Of a stretch of 64,000 nucleotides of DNA, positions 12,290 to 25,063 are shown piece by piece. This stretch comes from Amphiscolops sp. MND2022. Taxonomy: Eukaryota. Position 1 is the stretch's first letter, and every line of letters starts with the position of its first letter. The position numbers and the translations under genes are program-made. The notes beneath the pieces are model-generated. The model worked only from the letters and a program-made list of their open reading frames with translations. It made no database searches and was not told where the DNA came from. The stretch is from positions 34,162,001 to 34,226,000 of the forward strand of contig OZ076417.1 of the NCBI GenBank assembly GCA_964187785.1. Direction: 5' to 3'.

Positions 12290-13553
12290 TTAGTGACGTC
12301 TCCTTTGAATATCTTGTACCGTGAACCGTAGTGAATCCACTGTCGGTGGGTCTGTTAAATACGCCTCGGTGTCATCAACAACTGTCAGCTCCCGTTGCAA
12401 AATGGGTTCACCGACCCCGTCCATGAAACGATGCAAGATTTCATAGCGTCGGGTAGTGAGAGGCTCGTCGGGAAAACCCTGACTCCTGAGACCTTCCAAT
12501 GCGTCCAAATATTACACCAGGTCTTCCTCCTCAAGTTGGCTTCGCAACCTGAAGGCCTGCCTCACTGGCCTGCGACTACTTCCCTTCCCAAATCTACTAG
12601 AAAGCAAGGTACACACCTTCTCGTGAGAATCCCTTTCGGACTCCGGTTTGTTGATTATGTAACTGCGGGCTCCATCACCTAAATGATCGATTATCGCCCA
12701 TGCTTTGTCAACAGGTGAAGAGTTCGGATATACTCGTCCCACATACCGTTTCATCACGAGCAACCACTCCTCGACAGTTCCGTAACTCGAACCCCGGTAT
12801 GCGGTTGGCCGGACTGCGGATTGATCACGATTGGCAATCAAGGGGGCAAACTCTCTAGGCATAGCTTTGAAAATCGCCTTCGTGACATTTAACTGTTCGG
12901 GAGATATCGATTCGTCTTTTGTGTCATCAATGCCAGGATTGCATTCGAGCAACACGCCATCAGCGTTGTGATCCATAGGCGAATGTGTTGGCCATGCTCA
13001 TGGCTGTATTGTTCAAAGATGCGGTGTCCAGCCCCATATCATGTGTAGGCGCTCTCATCAGTTCTACCTTGGTGTCGGCTGGTAACTTGGTTGTGGCACT
13101 TTCGAGGACCACGGGTTCTTCCTGACGCAACGGATTAGCAGCACATTCGGCCCTTTTTTGCGTCAGGACTTGTGCTGGGCCTTTCATTTCAGCATTCTGC
13201 CGAGTCAACCGCCTGTTCTTTGCTTCGGGTTTTTCCAATAATGCTCTGAGGATAGACGCTCTTCTCGATGATGTTGATCTGGATTTAGATGGCATGGGCG
13301 CTATCGTTCTACTCTTGGACTCAGTAGCTCACGAGCTACCTATTGTTAGCTCTGAGAAGTCAGAGTCAAATCGGACACTGTCTTGCGAAGGCCAGTCTTC
13401 TTCGTTCAGATCTTCCAAATTCGTCGATTGGTCTGATATTTGGGCTTCGTTTTTGACCTTCAAGGTCAATTCATCGATTGTTTGTGCTGCGCTGGTGCCC
13501 TCTCCCCCCTTGAAGAAGAGGCGAAGGCGATCGAATTTCTTCGAACGTTTCAT
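12290..13553 (-). pseudogene. Gypsy gag-like region, fragmented
   Basis: YRGSSYGTVEEWL...KAWAIIDHLGDGARSY...LSSRFG retrotransposon-gag pattern, positioned upstream of the protease. Confidence 0.7.
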
Positions 13554-16500
13554 CTCAACGGCTTTGGAAGACCTCGTCGTGTACCCAAATCCAGTCTCCG
13601 GGTCACAGTCAAGAAATGTTCCAGAGGTCGGAGCGTGCTAAAAACTGCTCCACTCGTTCCAGGCTACCCGCTAAGCTGGAAATTTTTGCGCGCGAGCAAT
13701 TTGCGACAGCAGTGTTGGATAGGGCAGACCAAACAAACAGTGAAGATGTCTGTTGATCTCTCAATTCCAATACATTTGGGGATGTTGTGACTACCCAAAA
13801 ATGCTCTCAACAGAACTGACGTGTCATTCGGTGCTTTTGCTACTAGATACTGCGGAATATTACCAATTAAGGACAAAAAAGAGGTCAACAAGGTTTCACA
13901 CTGGAGTAGTCCCGCGAAACTTCCGTTGTCAGGAGGTTACTCTTCTCAAAATTACGCAACTTTGGTTGAATATGTTCCTTCAGGGTCCTTTTTTAATGTT
14001 CAAAAACCCTGCGCATGCTTCTAGAGTAACGTTTAAAGGTAGTCTGTTTGCACTATTAAGCCCAGAGTGTCCTTAGATTCTCAAGAATTTTCGATTTAAG
14101 CTTTGCAAAAATCAAAAATCGATGTTTCAGGGTTGCCGAAAATTTCTGACCCCTGCCGGCACTTTTTTTGAACCGTGGGATTTGCTTTGTTTGCTCCCAG
14201 GGAGGCCTATCATTTCTGTACTGTTGGAAATTGAACGCTTTTTGTCCCTGCCTTCAGTACAGCGGGAGAAATAATGGTTTACAATGTTCGTTTTTTTGAC
14301 ATTTTTTCGGGGGTCCTTACTGAAGTGCGTGTCTGAAAATAGTCAAAATCTGTTTTAGCAGTCGTAGCCTGCCAAAATTCGCACAGCTTGTTCTGCCGGA
14401 CACACGAAATAGAAAATGAAACTCCTGAAGCAAATACCTTGAGATAGAGGCTTTTCAAGGGTTTTTTGAAATTTCAGATTTGAAATTTCAGATTTTTGAA
14501 CAATACTCAAGTGGCTCTTAAAATCAGTGGAAACGCAGAGTCGGGCTAAAAATTCGTCACACGATCGCACAAAGAACCGGGTACATTGCTATAATCACCA
14601 AATGGTGGCTCAAACTACTAGGTGAGAATTATATCTGACCCTCATGTTCCGTATCACTGTATCTCAATTGACACGACTTTTCACATACAATCAGAAACTT
14701 TCGTCTACAGTGCTGAGCTCGCAACCACACTTTTCTAGCAACAAGGCACCAACTGACACTGATAACATAAGTCCAGAGAAATATACTCCTCCCAACTTTC
14801 GAATAAGGGGCGTCAACAGTTCCAAACGATGGTCTAACTCGTCACAATACCCAAGATATCACAACTGTAAGTAGCAAAAACTATGATCCAACGCAATAGC
14901 ACTCGATTTTGAACAGAATGCACGCAAACAGCAATGGATTCACGACAAGTAGTTCACAATAGGGGTCTACAAGGTTTCCAAAACGTATCTCAGGTTTTTA
15001 TCCCACTTTCCCACTTTTCGTCTCGATGAAACGTTAAGCTGAAGCTATGAATATGCACGTCCGAGAAGTGTCGAAAATGGTTCCAAGGGTTGTAGCGTGT
15101 TGAAAAGTTTACAGCAGTTTAGGACTGATGCATTGATCTAAAAAGTGACTCCAGAAGTGGGGTATTGGGATCCAGTGGTAGATCAGAGTGATTTTTCATA
15201 TTTTTTGGGTTTTTCAAATTCTCTTGAAAAAAAACGCAAGTGACTAGCGCTCACGCTAAAAACGTAGGATCGTTCCCAAAACTTGCCACACAATCTCACG
15301 TAAAGTGAGGTACACGGGAACATTCGCTGATTTGAGCTAGGATGACTAGATGAGATTTCAACACAGTACAGAAGTTCGGTATCACTGTGTTCCAAACTAC
15401 ACTGTTTTTCACGTGTCAACCCAAAATCCTGGTCCACTGCGAAGAGTTCCCAAGCTTGTTCTTTCGGTAGCGATACAACAAATTGCACTAATTGTGATAG
15501 AGAGCAGCGATGTGGCCCCACTCTTTGAATAAGGTGTCCAGACAATCCCAAAGTACTTCGAGAAAATCGTCTTTTTGCGCCCCTTTTTGTGCAGTTTGTT
15601 TTCGTCAATTACTCAATGAGTACTGTGCCAATCAACACAAATTTCACCAGGCGCTGCCATAGGCACCCACAATGTTGTTTCAATGGTCAGATAGAAGCTG
15701 GTTGACTCACAGTGAATCTCCTCAAAATTTTAGTCTTCTACTCGTCTCGGTGAGAACTTAAGCAAAGTGACACCTTTTAGTGTCCCCGATTTTCAGAAAC
15801 ACGTTTTAAGGCTCGTAAGCCGTTTTTACTCACACAGCGTTTTCTCACATGCACACTGTGCTAGAAAATTAACCTGGTTTGGGATGTTTTAATTGCAAAA
15901 ACTAACAGAACACTTTTAAAAGAATTTTGAAAATTTCCGAAAACACCGTGACCACACTCAAGTGGCTCGTGTTTGCACCAGAAGCGTTGGATCGAGCCCA
16001 AAATTGACCAGTAGATCTCCGGGACATGTAGGTTTACGGAATGGAACACAGTTTTGAGCTGCTTTTCTTCTACACAACTTCACCTAGGTACAGACGTGCG
16101 GTATCACTATGTACCAAATTACACTGGTTTTCACGCCTATTTCAAGTTTGCGATTCACTGGAAAAAGCTAGCAGGCTCATTTTCTGTGGAACAACATAAA
16201 TTTTTTTTAAACGATTTTGGGTAAAAATTTGACCCCACCCTTCGGCTAAAGTGCCTGGATTACTCGGGAAAAATTTAAAAAAACAGCATTTTTGCGCACC
16301 TTTTGTGTGGCACGTTTGTGCTATTTTCTCAACAAGTACCGGACAGATTGGCACCAAACTTGGTAGTCTATCCTTGTGAGCATCCACAATGCCACTAAAA
16401 TGCTCAAATCGAAGTGCGGACGCTGATTTAAGACTTTGATTTTGTAGGGAGACCACTCACGAACACTGTTTTTGACTACTTTTTTTACAAATTGACTAAG

Positions 16501-16991
16501 AGGGTCACCTCAGAAAGTGGTGTGGCAGGCAAAACGGCACTAACGTGTTGCGCCACTAGCCGTAGCACTGGGATAAACCTTCAATTGGCTGTGCCCGTTA
16601 GGTATAAGGCATCGACATTCCTGCAGTTTTGGATTTTTTGGGCTCTTTTTTCGCTTTCTGAAGTCGAAACGTCAGAGAGCTTTTCTCGACTTTGCTGAAC
16701 GTTACGCCCATCAACTTTTTGGCACTAGCGTTTATTTTAGTGGTAGTTACGAAAACGCAACCAATTTTTAGCTAGGGTTCAGGAATCAATGACCCGACTC
16801 TAACTCAGAGACAGTCCGGAATGATGAAAAATTGGGGATTTTCAGTGCGTTTTTCAACTTTTCTCAGCACTGAAAAGGAATTTGTTGACGCGGATTTCAC
16901 TCTCACACGTTATTTTTACTATATAAACAGAAAATGAGAGTTCGGAAGCTCCTAGCTAACAAAAAGACAGTGCATGTAGGAACAAGGCAAA

Positions 16992-17250
16992 GTATAAAAC
17001 GTGCCTCAGATGTCCCCATATCTTCTAGTGCCCCGCGGCCCCTTGGGGCCGCTTATGTTGCCATTTTGCTAAACGAGGTCGAACAGGAGCAAAGAACTAC
17101 CGGGTACGGAGATATGCGAGGCGATTGTAGTGGGAGTTGGTCTTTGTGACGGCGAGGGCGAGCGTGCATACACCGGATATGCCCTCACATAAGAAGGGGA
17201 AAGTACTCAAATTTTTGTGAGACATTTACGAAAGGTAAGATTTCATTCTT
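16992..17250. repeat. ~250-bp dispersed repeat core, copy 1 of 4 (others ~17720-17910, 21795-22055, 24484-24745)
   Basis: Shared gtataaaacgt...gcggccccttggggccgc...gagggcgagcgtgcatacaccggat. Perfect 8-bp hairpin at 17035-17052. Confidence 0.85.
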
Positions 17251-17539
17251 AGATAAAGTGATTTGAGATCTGACAATTTTATAAAATCAATGGGGAAAAC
17301 GAAAGGAAGTATTTAATATTTAATGGTTTTTTTGTGTTGATTGCCTCACTTTCATCCGCTGGATGTTTTTTTCTGATGTTTTGGCAATTAAGTCTGGCTT
17401 CAAACGTTTTTTCTTCCACGGAAAACCTCTTTTCAGGTCTGTTTCCGTTTTTAGGCCTTATTCTTTTTCAATGTCTCTATCTACTACTTTTGGGTTTTAG
17501 ATCTTATTCCTTCGGGTTTTATTCCTTTTGGTATGGAAC

Positions 17540-18095
17540 CAGTTTGTAGAATCCGGTTTGAAGAAAAGTGAGATGCAGTTTGTAGAATTTTTTCCACAAA
17601 CTGGATTCTACACACTGGAATTCTACAAACTGGTTAGGTCCAGTTTGTAGAATACCAGTTTGTAGAAATCTCGAATTGAAGAAAAACAATAAGACCAATT
17701 ATGTAGGAACGATGCAAAGTCTAAAACGTGCCTCGGATGTCCACATTTCCTATGGTGCCCCGCTGACCTTTGAGGCCGCTTTTGTTCCAACTTGCTAAGC
17801 GAGGTCGAACAGGAGCAAAGACCTACCGGGATTGAAGATCGCGAGGCAATCGTAGTGGGAGCTGCTCCTTGTGACGGTGAGGGCGAGCGTGCATACACCG
17901 GATATGCCCCACTGTCCAGTTTTTAGATCTTATTCCTCTAGATTTTAGGCGGTGGAGCTCTCAGAATCTTGTGTGAAGGATGTCCAGTTTGTAGAATTCA
18001 ATGATCCAGTTCGTAGAGTTTATTGATACAGTTTGTAGAAGCACCTAGGACCAAGTTTGGAGCACCTAGGACCAGTTTGTAGAATTCTGCATACT
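17540..18095. repeat. MITE-like array of CCAGTTTGTAGAA motifs in both orientations, enclosing a repeat-core copy
   Basis: About 10 motif copies with irregular spacing. Confidence 0.7.
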
Positions 18096-18650
18096 GGACC
18101 TAATTCTTCCTTTTGAACCTTTAGGTCTTATTCCTTAGGTCCTATTCCCTTATTTCCGGTCTCCTTTAGGTTTAATCAGCTCTTGTTCCATCGCTTCACA
18201 TTCCTCGTATAACAGACCTATTTCACCGTCACTCCACCATTCTGGTCGTTTCTCAAAAATTTTTCAAGAATCTCTTGCCTTGGACTTGTGTTGCATTATT
18301 ATGCAGAAGACATGGAAGATTTTCAGTGATTCGCAGTGAAGGGAGGAATTTTTGACAAATATATGAAGTATTCGTTCGGCTTCTTGAACAAAATGTTTCA
18401 CCGGATCGTCGTCATCAATCAGCGTTTTAAAACACCCTTCTTTATTCGTCATGTGCCCGAGGACAGACAAAAAACTCCGACGAAGATAGGAAACAAAAAG
18501 AATTGAAAAACGAGATCATGCAACCTGAGAGTTCAATGGATCGAGGACATTTCAATTCCGAAACTCAAGGGGGCTCGTCAAAAAGTAACGATTATGAAAC
18601 AAAGAACACATAAATTTCTTGAATAAACAAAACTGTCATTGAACACAGAT

Positions 18651-20330
18651 TTACAAGTAGTAAAGTTCGCTTAAATGGTCTTCGTCCCGAACCGTTCTAA
18701 CTACACTGGCCGCATTGCCTGCCTGGATTGCGAGAGAGAGTCTCTGCCTGAAAAATGACCCGGCTCTATTTTCCTGGTTGCACACGCACAACTTTTTACA
18801 GAGGTTTTTCAAGAAGGTAGACGTAGAAGGTCCGACTCCTCCCTGAATTTCAAAGGCTAAAGGTTGGAAGATGTATCCTTTGTCAGTCAAACAAACGTAC
18901 TTAGCTGTTTTCATTTCCTCTGCATCCTCAGCGGCTGTGCCTGGGTTGGCAACAGATCCGTTCTCTTTTCTGCTGGAGGCAAGAAGATCGATACAAGTAA
19001 CCTCCCAAACTAATTGCTTGCCTTCCTCCCAGGGCGCAAGGGTAATTCCGTCTGGGCGCTTTCCGTCTGTTCGGGTCAGTCCATTCGGTTCCAGAATTGA
19101 GGGAACTTTGATGAGGGAACTCAGCGCCTGTTTCACTATATAAATAAGGTTGTGGTGCCTTGAGAAACGTCCGGCGCTTCTGGCACAGGAACGACCATGA
19201 TGTCCGTTCTCTTCGACAAGTTTACCACAACAGCAAGAGTGTTTCTCGCAATTATCGCGCCGAGGCGAAGGGATAACGAGATGCGCAGTTGCTGATCTGT
19301 TAACTTCAGACCGAGACTTTTGCTTGGTACAGCATTTAGCCAAGCGGAACCAAAGGGGTCTTGGTAAGCGTTCAATCTTTTGACATATTCCACATCAAGG
19401 TCTGTTATAAATTGATTAAAAGTAGCATCACTCACAGGAGATGCCAATGTTTTTGGATGAAGCCGACGGTGCTTCTTATAGGTTCGCCTTCGTCAGCCAC
19501 AAATTTGATGCCTTTTCAAACGATGCATCAACATTGTCTTCCGGAAGGATACAAGACAGAGCACATTTGGCGCCCTTCACTGAAGGTAAAAAAGCAGGAA
19601 GAGCAATCTGGGAAGCCGATGCAATGCCTATGCCCCCTTCGGAGACTGGGAGAATCGCCTGAGTATAGCTGCTTTCATTAAAATTGACATTACAGATTTT
19701 GGACAATGATTTGCGGATAATGGAATCATATTGCTGTAAGAGATCCAACTCTTTAAAGCAAGGGCTGGTGCGAAGAAATTACAGTAAGTTGGGTAGACTG
19801 AAACAGTTCTTCAACAGGTAGAAAGCATAGTGGGCGTCTAATTTCGTATTAACTTCAGAGAGTCTTTGCAATTCAATCATTTTTTTGTTCAACAGGACTC
19901 GACGAGCATTTGCGCCCATTGGCAACACTAAACTTTCCTAATTCTCATGATCCTCTACTTTGATACCCAGGCAAATTTCTTCAAAAAGCGTTTTTATTCT
20001 CTTTTTTGAGCTTTCGGTACATTTTCCGAGGAAAATCAGGTAACATTTAGTTTTTTCGTGAGACAACCCATACTCGTCGGCGCTAGTAATTATTCGTTTG
20101 AGGTCCTCAAGGACCGTCCGATCGTGATCCGAAAGATTTCCGTCGTCGAGGTACCAAACATTATAATGCGGAACCATTTGGTAAACGAGGTCTTGAATAG
20201 TGTCGGAGAAGAGAGCTGGACCTTCGGGGTCCCCTTGCTGACAGCCCTCTTGCGATTGAATTACTTTCACCGGATTACCATCTGGTATGTCAAAAAAATT
20301 TTCTTCCAAAAGACAATTTTTTGTAAATTT
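18651..20330 (-). mobile_element. CRE-clade non-LTR retrotransposon (RT, zinc knuckle, restriction-like endonuclease), decayed
   Basis: SQEGCQQGDPEGPALF, WYLDDG, GGIGI, GSAWLNAVP...LRLGA, CCCG..HGRSC, RPDGITL..W, PLAFEIQGG, QRLSLAIQAGNA. Confidence 0.9.
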
Positions 20331-21120
20331 CTTAAATTCTACGATAGAATGTTTCGTTGTTCGTTGTGGCGTTCGGCAACAGGCAAGGCAAGGTAATTGA
20401 TGGTGTTTCCATGCCCTGCGGTAAACTATGTCGAAACATCATTTTTAGGACTAAGGGGTAAGTAAAGTCTGAGAATCTTGACATTTGCAGACCATGTCGC
20501 CTGCCAATTTTTACGACGTTGGAAGTCCACTGCACATGACATGGACGAAACCAGAAAAATGGCACCAAATATCTTGGTTTTTTTGAGACCACAATTACGA
20601 AAACTACATTTCATTTGATCGGTTTTTTTTGTTACACAGGAGGATATCGACAACGCCCTTTAATTTTCCGAATTTTTTTTTTGGAAAAGTTTCCTCGCTT
20701 TTAGTGCGAGTGACTTTCTCACGACGATTTTCTAGGAAACATTCGAAGATGTTTCATTTGCAAAAGCGCTTGAGAAAAAATTGAGTTTGACGAATGAACA
20801 GGAAAGTCCTCTCGATGGAACCCAAAAAAATTGGACACAACCTGTCTTCATCAAAACTGCACAAGATTTGATTTCTAGAATGGATGACAAATGTTCGAAA
20901 GTTTTCAACGCTCATCAAGGTAAATTCGGGTCTCAATGGCTGAACGTCGTTCCTTGCAAGAACCTAGGCCTGAAACTTGATGATCAGCAACTTCGAATTT
21001 CAATTGGTTTGCGTCTCGGTGCCAGCATCTGCGTAGGGCATACGTGCCACTGTGGTAAAAGAGTTGAACGGGACGGTTTACACGGTCTTTCTTGCACTAA
21101 AAGTGCTGGTCGCTTCTCAC

Positions 21121-21467
21121 GGGTGGGCGGAAACAGGTCGAAGGAACGGGATCGAAAATCAGAGTTAGTCCTCAGGTCGACATACCAAATTTTTGAATGG
21201 GATCGAAACAACTCGGATCGAAATTTTTATAACGTAGTCAGATATGTTCACTTACCCCTAGTGCCTTGAATGCAGGAGCGAAGCGAAGCGGAGCGACGGT
21301 GACATATGGCCATGCCTCAATGTTGCTATTTGGCGAAGGGAGCGAAGCGACCGAGCTATACAACTACGATAAAATTCGACCGCATTCCATTCGATCCCTG
21401 CAATTCGATCAAAAGGTTCGACCTCTGTCCTTTCGACCAGAAAAATTCGACCTTTTTACAGCCACCC
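21121..21467. mobile_element. MULE-like MITE (duplicate at 23809-24155)
   Basis: 9-bp TSD gcttctcac (21112-21120 and 21468-21476); imperfect TIR gggtgg...aggtcgaa; removal restores the GRFSRH frame. Confidence 0.8.
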
Positions 21468-21670
21468 GCTTCTCACGTCATGCTACTCTCAGTTATCTCA
21501 TAAAGCAGACGTTGGGATCTCTCGACTTCAATGCTCGAACCGCGTGGACTGTACCGAACTGATGGCAAATTCCCAGACGGTGTTACCATGATTCCTTGGG
21601 AAATGGGTAAACAGCTGGTGTGGGATGTCACGGTTGTGGATGCTCTTGGATCCAGTCGTCTGAATCAAGG

Positions 21671-22456
21671 AGGCACGGTAATAAGTTCGAACGCATAAGT
21701 TCGAATTTTGATTTCGAATGGACTAAGTTCGAATTTTCCAAAAACCGGAACAAGTTCGAATCACTGTGTTCGAATTTTGAACGAACCGCCGTAAGTATAA
21801 AACGTACCTCTGATATTTCCCCAATTCATCTCGTGCCCCGCGGCCCCTTGGGGCCGCTTATGTTCCCATCTTGCTAAGCGAGGTCGAACAGAAGCAAAGA
21901 CCTAGCGGGAACGGAGATCGCGAAGCGATCGTAGTGGGAGCTGGTCTTTGTGACGGTGAGGGCGAGCGTGCATACACCGGATTTGTTCTACATTAGAAAG
22001 GAAAAGTATTGAATATTTTCTGAGACATTTACGAAAGGTAATGTTTTATTCTTGACATACCGGATATGCGCGATATGAAAATTCGAACTTGGTGTCTCGA
22101 AACTATTCCTATTCGAACTTATTCCACTAGTTCACATTCGAACTTAGTAAATCGAACTTATTGCCCGAAGTTAATAAATTGCAACTCATTTCTTAATTGT
22201 AGCATGCTCTCAAAATTTATATCAAAATCCAAAACGCTTGTTATTTTGTTATTGACTAATTGACATATTGACTAATGTTAAAATTATTTCAATTCCAATT
22301 ACTCAAAAACATTTCAATTCCAATTCCAATTGAAATTAAACGTTCCAATTCCAATTCCCTGAAAAAAAATCATTTCCAATTCCAATTAGCAAATTTGTAA
22401 TTGATCAATTTTTTTCAGAAAAAACGTAATTGAACTGACAACCCTGGCCCGAAGCC
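21671..22456. mobile_element. Composite insertion: TTCGAA-array MITE holding a repeat core, plus a hAT-like MITE end
   Basis: Flanked by the 9-bp direct repeat gaatcaagg (21662-21670 and 22457-22465). TIR-like cggtaataagttcga / tcgaacttattgcccg; cagggttgtcagttcaattac on the minus strand at ~22428-22447. Confidence 0.7.
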
Positions 22457-25027
22457 GAATCAAGGCTCTTTATGCAACCCGGGAACCACCGCCACCGTAA
22501 AATTGAGAAGTATCGCGAATTAATAGACAATGGGTACATTTTTCAGCCAGTGGCCTTTCAAGTACAGGGTTCTTCAGGCGAGAGCAGTGAAATTTTCATC
22601 ACGCGATTCTGTAAAATGCTCTGTCGTTCTCACGACGATCAACGAGCTGGCAGCTTTTTGAAGCAACGGATTTCAATGGCTTTTCAGATCGGCAATGCGG
22701 CCTGTGTTCTAGGAACTGTGAGCAACAGTGATGCGTTCGAAGAAATTTATTACATATAACCTAATTTTTTGACCTTTATATCATAGCAGCTTTGAAAAAA
22801 TTCTACCGGTCGACTGCCTAGTGGCTGGTTTGAGTCGGTTGTTGGTTGTTTTCATTGTTACTGGTATAGTGGCTGGTATGTGATTCCCTATTTTCGTTGC
22901 AGACCAAGGGTGTGTGTCTTCTCCCCCCAACATGATGATACACATGGCACGTGATTGATGACGAAGATCTGATATCTGATAGAGGAAAAAAATTTCGCTC
23001 AAAAATATATTTTGTCCCACGATTTCTACCGTTTCGCATATCTCGATGTCGTTAGCTGGATCTGTTGAGCTTCTAATAGGTTTTGCATGCAGGCCAATGA
23101 GGGTCCATGTTTAACTTTCAGACTTCTCTTAGATGACATAAATTGTCATTAATCTAGTGCCGTTTAGGTCATCATGTGAGAATAAATTGCATTTTAGCGT
23201 TGCGCTGAGTTATAGTGATTTGCAAATTGATAGTTTGGCCGGTCTACTGTGATAGTGGCTGCAACGATTACAATTTCTTTGTTTTTCTTCGAATGTTTTG
23301 TCCTGTTTTCAGTCCAGCGCTGTGTTGCATAATCTCCCCTGAAATAATGACTCATTCATCCTATAATTGTGGTCTGCATGACTGCATATTTTTTTCTTGG
23401 AATCATTTTAATGAGCTTTATTCGATGTTTTTAACCTTCGAAGTTGATAACGATAAGTGTAACCGATACGAGGCTGTTATATTTTAGTGTCAACTGGAGG
23501 ATTTAGTCGACCACCACAACCGACACAACCTGTCTTCATCAAAACTGCACAAGATTTGATTTCTAGAATGGATGACAAATGTTCGAAAGTTTTCAACGCT
23601 CATCAAGGTAAATTCGGGTCTCAATGGCTGAACGTCGTTCCTTGCAAGAACCTAGGCCTGAAACTTGATGATCAGCAACTTCGAATTTCAATTGGTTTGC
23701 GTCTCGGTGCCAGCATCTGCGTAGGGCACACGTGCCACTGTGGTAAAAGAGTTGAACGGGACGGTTTACACGGTCTTTCTTGCACTAAAAGTGCTGGTCG
23801 CTTCTCACGGGTGGGCGGAAATAGGTCGAAGGAACGGGATCGAAAATCAGAGTTAGTCCTCAGGTCGACATACCAAATTTTTGAATGGGATCGAAACAAC
23901 TCGGATCGAAATTTTTATAACGTAGTCAGATATGTTCACATACCCCTAGTGCCTTGAATGCAGGAGCGAAGCGAAGCGGAGCGACGGTGACATATGGCAA
24001 TGCCTCAATGTTGCTATTTGGCGAAGGGAGCGAAGCGACCGAGCTATACAACTACGATAAAATTCGACCGCATTCCATTCGATCCCTGCAATTCGATCAA
24101 AAGGTTCGACCTCTGTCCTTTCGACCAGAAAAATTCGACCTTTTTACAGCCACCCGCTTCTCACGTCATGCTACTCTCAGTTATCTCATAAAGCAGACGT
24201 TGGGATCTCTCGACTTCAATGCTCGAACCGCGTGGACTGTACCGAACTGATGGCAAACGCCCAGACGGTGTTACCATGATTCCTTGGGAAATTGGTAAAC
24301 AGCTGGTGTGGGATGTCACGGTTGTGGATGCTCTTGGATCCAGTCGTCTGAATCAAGGAGGGCACGGTAATAAGTTCGAACGCATAAGTTCGAATTTTGA
24401 TTTCGAATGGACTAAGTTCGAATTTTCCAAAAACCGGAACAACTTCGAATCACTGTGTTCGAATTTTGAACGAACCGCCGTAAGTATAAAACGTACCTCT
24501 GATATTTCCCCAATTCATCTCGTGCCCCGCGGCCCCTTGGGGCCGCTTATGTTCCCATCTTGCTAAGCGAGGTCGAACAGGAGCAAAGACCTAGCGGGAA
24601 CGGAGATCGCGAAGCGATCGTAGTGGGAGCTGGTCTTTGTGACGGTGAGGGCGAGCGTGCATACACCGGATTTGTTCTACATTAGAAAGGAAAAGTATTG
24701 AATATTTTCTGAGACATTTACGAAAGGTAATGTTTTATTCTTGACATACCGGATATGCGCGATATGAAAATTCGAACTTGGTGTCTCGAAACTATTCCTA
24801 TTCGAACTTATTCCACTAGTTCACATTCGAACTTAGTAAATCGAACTTATTGCCCGAAGTTAATAAATTGCAACTCATTTCTTAATTGTAGCATGCTCTC
24901 AAAATTTATATCAAAATCCAAAACGCTTGTTATTTTGTTATTGACTAATTGACATATTGACAAATGTTAAAGTTATTTCAATTCCAATTACTCAAAAACA
25001 TTTCAATTCCAGTTGAAATTAAACGTT

Positions 25028-25030
<3 letters not shown>

Positions 25031-25063
<33 letters not shown>

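Larger units (their letters stand above)
4920..13640 (-). mobile_element. Decayed Ty3/Gypsy retrotransposon (gag-PR-RT-RH-INT plus extra 3' ORFs); LTR pair not found
   Basis: Gag-like pieces 12290-13553; protease DTGSG; RT YIDD; RNase H FVLDTDAS; integrase with HHCC, DDE and GPY/F motifs. Polypurine-tract-like AAGGGGGAAAGGGG on the minus strand at ~4922-4937. Multiple frameshifts and stops. Confidence 0.93.
20685..22759 (+). mobile_element. 3' fragment of a second CRE-like element, interrupted by two insertions
   Basis: GSQWLNVVP...LRLGA.C..CHCG...HGLSC|H...RPDGVT..W...WDVT|...PVAFQVQG...QRISMAFQIGNAA. Segments rejoin once the insertions are removed. Confidence 0.88.

Noticed and set aside
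9144-13790. Plus-strand ORFs over the Gypsy region (e.g. 9144-9575, 10627-11049, 11056-11481, 13294-13641)
   Set aside because: Antisense shadows of pol/gag with no motifs of their own.
4740-14100. LTR pair and primer-binding site for the Gypsy element
   Set aside because: No repeated sequence found between 4740-5100 and 13640-14100; only a PPT-like tract is visible.
17020-17052. Helitron 3' end (hairpin followed by CTAG on the minus strand)
   Set aside because: CTAG is not conserved in the other three copies, and homology continues past it.
17540-18095. CCAGTTTGTAGAA repeats as a CRISPR array
   Set aside because: Eukaryotic context, 13-bp motif, mixed orientation, irregular spacing and no cas genes; fits MITE subterminal motifs.
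18180-18470. Minus-strand coding-like piece (…PEWWSDGEIGLLYEEC…)
   Set aside because: Under 110 aa, frameshifted and with no recognisable family.
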